From positions 160,001 through 224,000 of the forward strand of contig JAEHCQ010000002.1 of the NCBI GenBank assembly GCA_020696385.1: DNA of 64,000 bases. Reading direction: 5' to 3'. The notes beneath the pieces are model-generated. The model had not been told where the DNA came from and did not search any database. It saw nothing but the letters and a program-made list of their open reading frames with translations. The stretch comes from Methanobacteriota archaeon. Its GTDB lineage: Archaea; Thermoplasmatota; Thermoplasmata; SG8-5; JAGLSY01. Of the stretch, positions 59,144-64,000 are shown piece by piece. Position 1 is the stretch's first letter. Each line of letters starts with the position of its first letter. The translations under genes were made by a program, and so were the position numbers.

Positions 59144-60070
59144 TTAGATCAAATAGCTACCGACATATTCGTATTGATCATTGATCTTCTTTATATCAGG
59201 TTCCTCAAATACCCATTTTCCTGCCTTTCCGAGCTCTATTGCCGAGACCTCGAAATGACTCATGGCGATCCCAATATCAAGTTTCTGAATGGGATATCCC
59301 AGCTTAGTATTGCCAGTGTATTTTGGGTCAAAATCCAGATAAAAATGAATTGATCGTATGCCCTGTTCCTCAACCAACACAAGTCGCCAGGGTTGTTTGT
59401 TGGATGCTGACGGTCCCCATCTCACCATTTCGAATGCGATCTCCAATTCCCTGGCATCTTCCCTTTTCAGCTCCGTTGAAAAATTATTTTTGAAAAATAC
59501 CTGATCCCAGGGTTTTCTATTGTCGGAACCTGCGGTTCTTCTAATAATTTTTTCTTTTATTCTATTGTTATCTGAACCATAACCAATTGGTGAGATGGCG
59601 CCAATAAATTCATTGTCTTTTAGATCGATGAATTTCATGAAAGATTCTCTGCTGAATGTGCCTCCGATCCAGCATGTGCCCAATCCCATCTGTGTCATGT
59701 TCAGGATCGCCTTCTCAAAAGAATATCCCATATCGATTATGGCATCGTTCTCTTTCGAGCATATTGCCACAAGATAGGCCATATGGCCTTTAATAAAACC
59801 ATAAGTGCCCAGTTTGACTCCTTGGTGAGACTCTTCTTTATCGAGCTTCAGGATCTGAAATCTTGAATAATTTCCAAAAGGGCCTGGCTCTGTCTCCAAC
59901 TTCTTTAGTATGATCGTTATTTTTTCAAAAATCTCTTCTGTTATTTTTTGCTCATCATATGTTCTAACAGATGTCCTTTTCTTGATAGTTCCGATCATTG
60001 ATTCATTTGAGTCTAACACAGCATGCACCATGCCTTCAAATGTAACATTCAGTACTTGAGGCTTTTCCAT
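59144..60070 (-). CDS. Nitroreductase family protein
   Basis: IKKRTSVRTY, LGTYGFIKG, GLGTCWIGG, PSASNKQPWR, LDIGIAMSHF; start may be ATG 59998. Confidence 0.9.
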   Translation of the reverse strand: MEKPQVLNVTFEGMVHAVLDSNESMIGTIKKRTSVRTYDEQKITEEIFEKITIILKKLETEPGPFGNYSRFQILKLDKEESHQGVKLGTYGFIKGHMAYLVAICSKENDAIIDMGYSFEKAILNMTQMGLGTCWIGGTFSRESFMKFIDLKDNEFIGAISPIGYGSDNNRIKEKIIRRTAGSDNRKPWDQVFFKNNFSTELKREDARELEIAFEMVRWGPSASNKQPWRLVLVEEQGIRSIHFYLDFDPKYTGNTKLGYPIQKLDIGIAMSHFEVSAIELGKAGKWVFEEPDIKKINDQYEYVGSYLI

Positions 60071-60303
60071 GAAAAACCAAAACGAATGAATGCTGGATAG
60101 CCTTTTACTAGTGGCATGAACTTATAATAAGTAAAGTGGGCACGCCCACTGTACTAATTACGCAATTGGCTACCCATCTTTGAACAATAATATATAGAAT
60201 ATAAAAACAAAGATGGCTACGACTTGAAGTCATCACTGAGAAATGTAACGCTTCAAGTCTTGCCATTTTTCTATGAATGTATATAAAATATAGTAAAGAA
60301 AAA

Positions 60304-60416
60304 TGGGCCCGTCCGGATTTGAACCGGAGATCTTCGCCATGTCAAGGCGACGTCATTTCAGGGATCAACACGGTATCGTTTTTCGTGTTGATCAAACCTG
60401 TCTAGACCACGGGCCC
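60304..60416 (-). tRNA. tRNA-Val (GAC) with 38-nt D-loop intron (60357..60394)
   Basis: Acceptor GGGCCCG/CGGGCCC, anticodon arm TCGCC-TTGACAT-GGCGA; D-loop interrupted by CAGG-TTT-[10-bp stem]-CCTG-AAA bulge-helix-bulge; splicing yields a 75-nt cloverleaf. Confidence 0.92.
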
Positions 60417-60639
60417 CTACTCAGATGACTTGTGTCATCCGCCTTGGTGAGAAATAGCATGGGGTTGAAATACTTTTTGATTGGTTTTTTTGTCCATATG
60501 AGACTAATGGGTATTTTGTCATCAAAAATCATTGCTTTGATATTCAATTATTATTTTGATACTATCTGGCATTGTCGATGTCCGAAATTCATTTATATAG
60601 GTTCGGAGTTAAGCATTAAGAGAATAGTGGGGACGTGTC

Positions 60640-60939
60640 TTGAATAATTTGGATCCCGAATCAGCAGAACAGATTTATCGCGAACTCTATCGTACCTTGG
60701 GAAAGGCCATAGGGTTCCAGATGGCCAGAAACATCGTTAAAATGGGCGAGGAGGGCTTTGATAAGGATAAGCCACTTGAATCCATCGCGGAATTGAACGA
60801 ATCTCTGGTGAGCGCCTTTGGAAAAGCCACTGCGAAGATCATGCTGACCACTTCGGTCAGATGTTGCTTTGATCCAGATAGATCCTCCCTAATCCTAGAA
60901 GAACTCCAGCATAATGGATTGCTTGGTGACGGGAAATGA
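60640..60939 (+). CDS. Small helical protein in KaiC-like operon
   Basis: 99 aa, TTG start, ATGA-coupled to next gene; internal repeat 'L.KAIG..MA..IV' / 'LVSAFG..TA.IML'. Confidence 0.75.
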   Translation: MNNLDPESAEQIYRELYRTLGKAIGFQMARNIVKMGEEGFDKDKPLESIAELNESLVSAFGKATAKIMLTTSVRCCFDPDRSSLILEELQHNGLLGDGK

Positions 60940-61184
60940 ACAAGCTAGGTGAAAGTGTTCTCAGTATAATGGAAGAAAGCAACCTGGGGGTTATGAGTAT
61001 CCACGTACTGAAGAAGCAGAGCATGGACGCAGGTCTTGATCTGAATGCATTGAACCCTAGAGATATCAATATATTGACAGAGAAGCTCAGGATCGTGCTT
61101 CCCTTCTTTATCGGATCTGAATCCGATGATGTCCTCATGAAGGTAAACAGATTGGGTGACAATGGAAAAAAAATAGGAGTATGA
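60936..61184 (+). CDS. Small helical protein in KaiC-like operon
   Basis: 82 aa; 'LGVMSIHVLKKQSMDAGLDLNALNPRDI..L.EKL...LPFFIG'. Confidence 0.75.
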   Translation: MNKLGESVLSIMEESNLGVMSIHVLKKQSMDAGLDLNALNPRDINILTEKLRIVLPFFIGSESDDVLMKVNRLGDNGKKIGV

Positions 61185-61188
61185 ATAG

Positions 61189-61914
61189 ATGATTAAAGGT
61201 AGAGTACCAACAGGCATAACGGGATTGGATGAATTAATCAGCGGAGGATTTCCGGAGGATTCGGTCAACCTCGTTAGTGGTCCAGCAGGTAGCGCAAAGA
61301 GCTTGATATCCATGCAGTTTATTTACAACGGGGTTGTAAATCATGGAGAAACAGGGATCTATCTCACTCTTGAAGAGCCTAGGGAGAATATCATCAGGGC
61401 GATGACCTCGTATGGCATGGACATAGAGAAATACGAGAAAGAGGGAAAACTTCTTCTGCTGGATATGGGAGAGGTTAGAAGGAGAAGTGGTAGTGATGAA
61501 GAGGTCGATGTCGTTGGCTTCGAGGGATTGATGACGATGCTGGATAATCTTCTTAAATTCAGTGGGGCAAAGCGCCTGTCCATTGATTCCGTTACTGCTA
61601 TCGGACTCCACTATGAAGATTCACCAGGTAGACTGCGAAGAGAATTATTCAAATTCGCATCATTCCTCAGGGAGAAGGAATTGACCTCCCTCATGATCAC
61701 GGAATCTATTGAAGGTACACAGCTTACAAGATATGGGATAGAGCAGTTCATCTCTGACTCATTCATCGTCCTTGGATTGGAGGATGTTAAGGGAGAACTG
61801 AGAAGAACATTGACCGTGAGGAAGATGAGATTCACCAAGCATGATACAACGAAGCATCCGCTTTTGATCACCAGCAATGGAATTAATGTGTCAGCCGAGT
61901 CCAAGGTGTTTTGA
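61189..61914 (+). CDS. KaiC/RAD55-like ATPase
   Basis: RVPTGITGLDELI.GG.P, Walker A variant GPAGSAKS, YLTLEE, SIDS, EQFISD, VRKMRFTKH. Confidence 0.93.
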   Translation: MIKGRVPTGITGLDELISGGFPEDSVNLVSGPAGSAKSLISMQFIYNGVVNHGETGIYLTLEEPRENIIRAMTSYGMDIEKYEKEGKLLLLDMGEVRRRSGSDEEVDVVGFEGLMTMLDNLLKFSGAKRLSIDSVTAIGLHYEDSPGRLRRELFKFASFLREKELTSLMITESIEGTQLTRYGIEQFISDSFIVLGLEDVKGELRRTLTVRKMRFTKHDTTKHPLLITSNGINVSAESKVF

Positions 61915-61970
61915 TGAAAATATCCCAAATGTGGGATATTTTCATTTAATAGAACTCAGAGGGCTCCAAA

Positions 61971-64000
61971 ATGAGCGAAAGTAACCGGATAACCGTATGT
62001 GCCAGTCTACTTTCGACAATAATTGATAGCAATAAAGAACTTCTTGTAGAGCTTCAATTCACCAATGCCATTGGCAGATATAGAAAAGAACATCCGGTAC
62101 TGGACAGGCTGGTCATTTCGGATGATCTTGTCATAGATGCGACCCAACTACCTGATTCTGAAGCCGCGGTTATCGGTATTAAGGCTCTTATAAAAGCTGC
62201 CAAGGGTATCATGGAAATATTCCTTGGTAGTAAGGAAGCTGAAGAGGCCATCATGGAACCTGCGAAGAAGTTCCAAGATGTGCATGGTCCAGATATAGAG
62301 AAATATGAGCTTATGAATTTCTTTCCAGAATTGTTCGGATATTCTGGCGGAGTGGATCTTGAAGGATTGAGGGGGGAAAATGAACTTGAGCAGATATCTG
62401 CTATTTTCTCCAGATTGTTCTCCACCACATTAAAAGCTGAGGGTATAGGTCGATTGGGTATCGAAAATGTCGTGAGAGATCTGAAGTTCATCAAGGGCAT
62501 ACAGATAAATGGTGAGGATGTGAGGATATATCTTCTTCCAGATTCAGACATTGAGAATGTTCTGGATGGTTTATCCGACTCCTTCAATGCCCTGGAAGTT
62601 CCGGTGCATATCGTTACTCCGGAAATAAAGAAATTCGGATCGCTCATCGAAGAACTGGGCGTGCTCAAGAAACTATATGGGGGTCTTCTTTCCACAAAGG
62701 TCGAGTTTGGAATATCGGTACTGGATGATGCTCTGGGAAATGAGATATCCAAGGAATACGTCATGCTATTGCGTGGACCAAAAGGCATGCCGAAAGATAT
62801 GGTATCCATGATATATGCCAAAAAAGGACTGGAAAGTGGAGGGGATGTGGTTTACGTATGTTCTATGGAATCGCCAAAAAGTGTGATGAAACGATTTGAA
62901 CTTATAGGGGTGGATGCAAACCAGTATATTGAGGATAAAAAATTGGTTTTCATAGACTGGTACAGCAAGAACATGGAACGTGTTCAGGGTGTGGAAGTTG
63001 AAGGAGGGGTCATCAAATGCTCTGATGATCTTACCAATGTCGGGGTCGCACTGGACATCGCTTTCCGTAATCTGGAAGATAATCCATCCAGAAGGGCCAT
63101 CGTGGATCTTATCTCGCCCGCCAGTGTGGTGCATGATTTCGAGACCACACTTGATTTTCTTACCGCCCTGTGTGCGAAATTGAGATCAAAGGATTGCTTC
63201 AGTCTCGTGACTCTGAGTGACGCCATGCACGATAGGCGGGAATTGAGCGCGATGCAGGATAATTTTGATGGTGTTCTGAAAATAGACAGAAAGGTGAAGA
63301 ATGGGGTTATCAAGCACAGCATCAATGTCATGTCATTCTCCGGCATGTTCAATTCAGAGAAGATGGATATTGAGATAGACGCTCGCGGTATCACCTTTGG
63401 TGATCCCGTGATCGGAAGATCGAGCTACGAGGCTTTTGTGGGACCGGGGATCGATAGATTATCCACGGGTATTCCGGGATTGGAAATTCTAACCGGTGGA
63501 GGACTTCCCCGGAAAGGTTCCTTCCTTGTTCTGATCCCTGCTGGTCTTTTCCCTTCCGAGATAATAACACAGTTCTCGGTAGATTGTCTAACAAAAGATC
63601 ATAGCCTTGTCATGGTGGTTTCCACGACATCGCCAGCGGAGTTCATCGCCAAGATACAGCAGAAAGGCATCCTGACACCTCCCTTGATGGAGAGCAATCA
63701 TATGAGGATCGTGGATTGGCATAGCCAGAGGAACCAGAGGATAATGGGTGTGGAGGACAGAGGAGGTGTTCTATGCTCCTCTGTTGACATCATGCATCTT
63801 GGTGTGGCTGTCGATCTTGCCCTGAAGCAGATGGATTATGATAAAGAAACGCAGGCTGTTGTCGATACTTTGTCCTCTTCCTTGAGGGATTATGATCTTC
63901 GAACAGTGTATCAATTCACCCAATCACTGAGGGCGAAATTCCATAAAAGAGGGATTACGTCTTTCATGATACTGGAAAAAGGAACACAGAATGAAAAAAT
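61971..64000 (+). CDS. Large protein: N-terminal helical region plus two tandem degenerate KaiC-like domains (runs off window)
   Basis: Not in ORF track; open from ATG 61971 (MSESNRITVC...) to window end; domain 1 'VEFGISVLDDALG...LRGPKGMPKD...IDWYS...FDGVLKI', domain 2 'RLSTGIPGLEILTGGGLP...LIPAGLFPS...VDWHS...VVDTLS'. Confidence 0.88.
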   Translation, partial: MSESNRITVCASLLSTIIDSNKELLVELQFTNAIGRYRKEHPVLDRLVISDDLVIDATQLPDSEAAVIGIKALIKAAKGIMEIFLGSKEAEEAIMEPAKKFQDVHGPDIEKYELMNFFPELFGYSGGVDLEGLRGENELEQISAIFSRLFSTTLKAEGIGRLGIENVVRDLKFIKGIQINGEDVRIYLLPDSDIENVLDGLSDSFNALEVPVHIVTPEIKKFGSLIEELGVLKKLYGGLLSTKVEFGISVLDDALGNEISKEYVMLLRGPKGMPKDMVSMIYAKKGLESGGDVVYVCSMESPKSVMKRFELIGVDANQYIEDKKLVFIDWYSKNMERVQGVEVEGGVIKCSDDLTNVGVALDIAFRNLEDNPSRRAIVDLISPASVVHDFETTLDFLTALCAKLRSKDCFSLVTLSDAMHDRRELSAMQDNFDGVLKIDRKVKNGVIKHSINVMSFSGMFNSEKMDIEIDARGITFGDPVIGRSSYEAFVGPGIDRLSTGIPGLEILTGGGLPRKGSFLVLIPAGLFPSEIITQFSVDCLTKDHSLVMVVSTTSPAEFIAKIQQKGILTPPLMESNHMRIVDWHSQRNQRIMGVEDRGGVLCSSVDIMHLGVAVDLALKQMDYDKETQAVVDTLSSSLRDYDLRTVYQFTQSLRAKFHKRGITSFMILEKGTQNEK

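Noticed and set aside
4903-61914. Cyanobacteria-type circadian clock
   Set aside because: Single-domain or degenerate KaiC-like proteins lacking the CII Ser-Thr site; no kaiA or kaiB
62054-63594. Minus-strand ORFs (255, 122, 136, 67 aa)
   Set aside because: Antisense shadows of the long plus-strand KaiC-like ORF from 61971

Overview
64-kb window of an archaeal chromosome, most consistent with a Thermoplasmata lineage (rps17e, TFS, Cgi121, UPF0147, cupin PGI, DUF835 and KaiC-like ATPases, grpE-dnaK-dnaJ behind an HSR-type regulator; no methanogenesis genes seen). It is mostly housekeeping and metabolic genes plus four tRNAs (Asn-GTT, Gly-CCC, Gln-TTG, Val-GAC). Notable signals: (1) a dispersed KaiC/RAD55-like signalling set with active and Walker-A-degenerate members, small helical partner proteins and acidic coiled-coil scaffolds, including a large double-KaiC ORF missed by the ORF track; (2) a tRNA-Val with a 38-nt D-loop intron; (3) at least four dispersed families of 55-105 bp hairpin elements plus several 50-93 bp tandem duplications that copy gene ends, Shine-Dalgarno sites or tRNA ends, suggesting an unrecognised small-element system; (4) unusual protein architectures (NucS-N+RQC+HRDC, M28 peptidase with a beta-propeller nested in an FN3-like domain, a ubiquitin-like fusion in a prepilin-peptidase operon). 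No CRISPR array, rRNA, intact transposase or integrase was found. All family assignments are by eye from motifs, without database searches.
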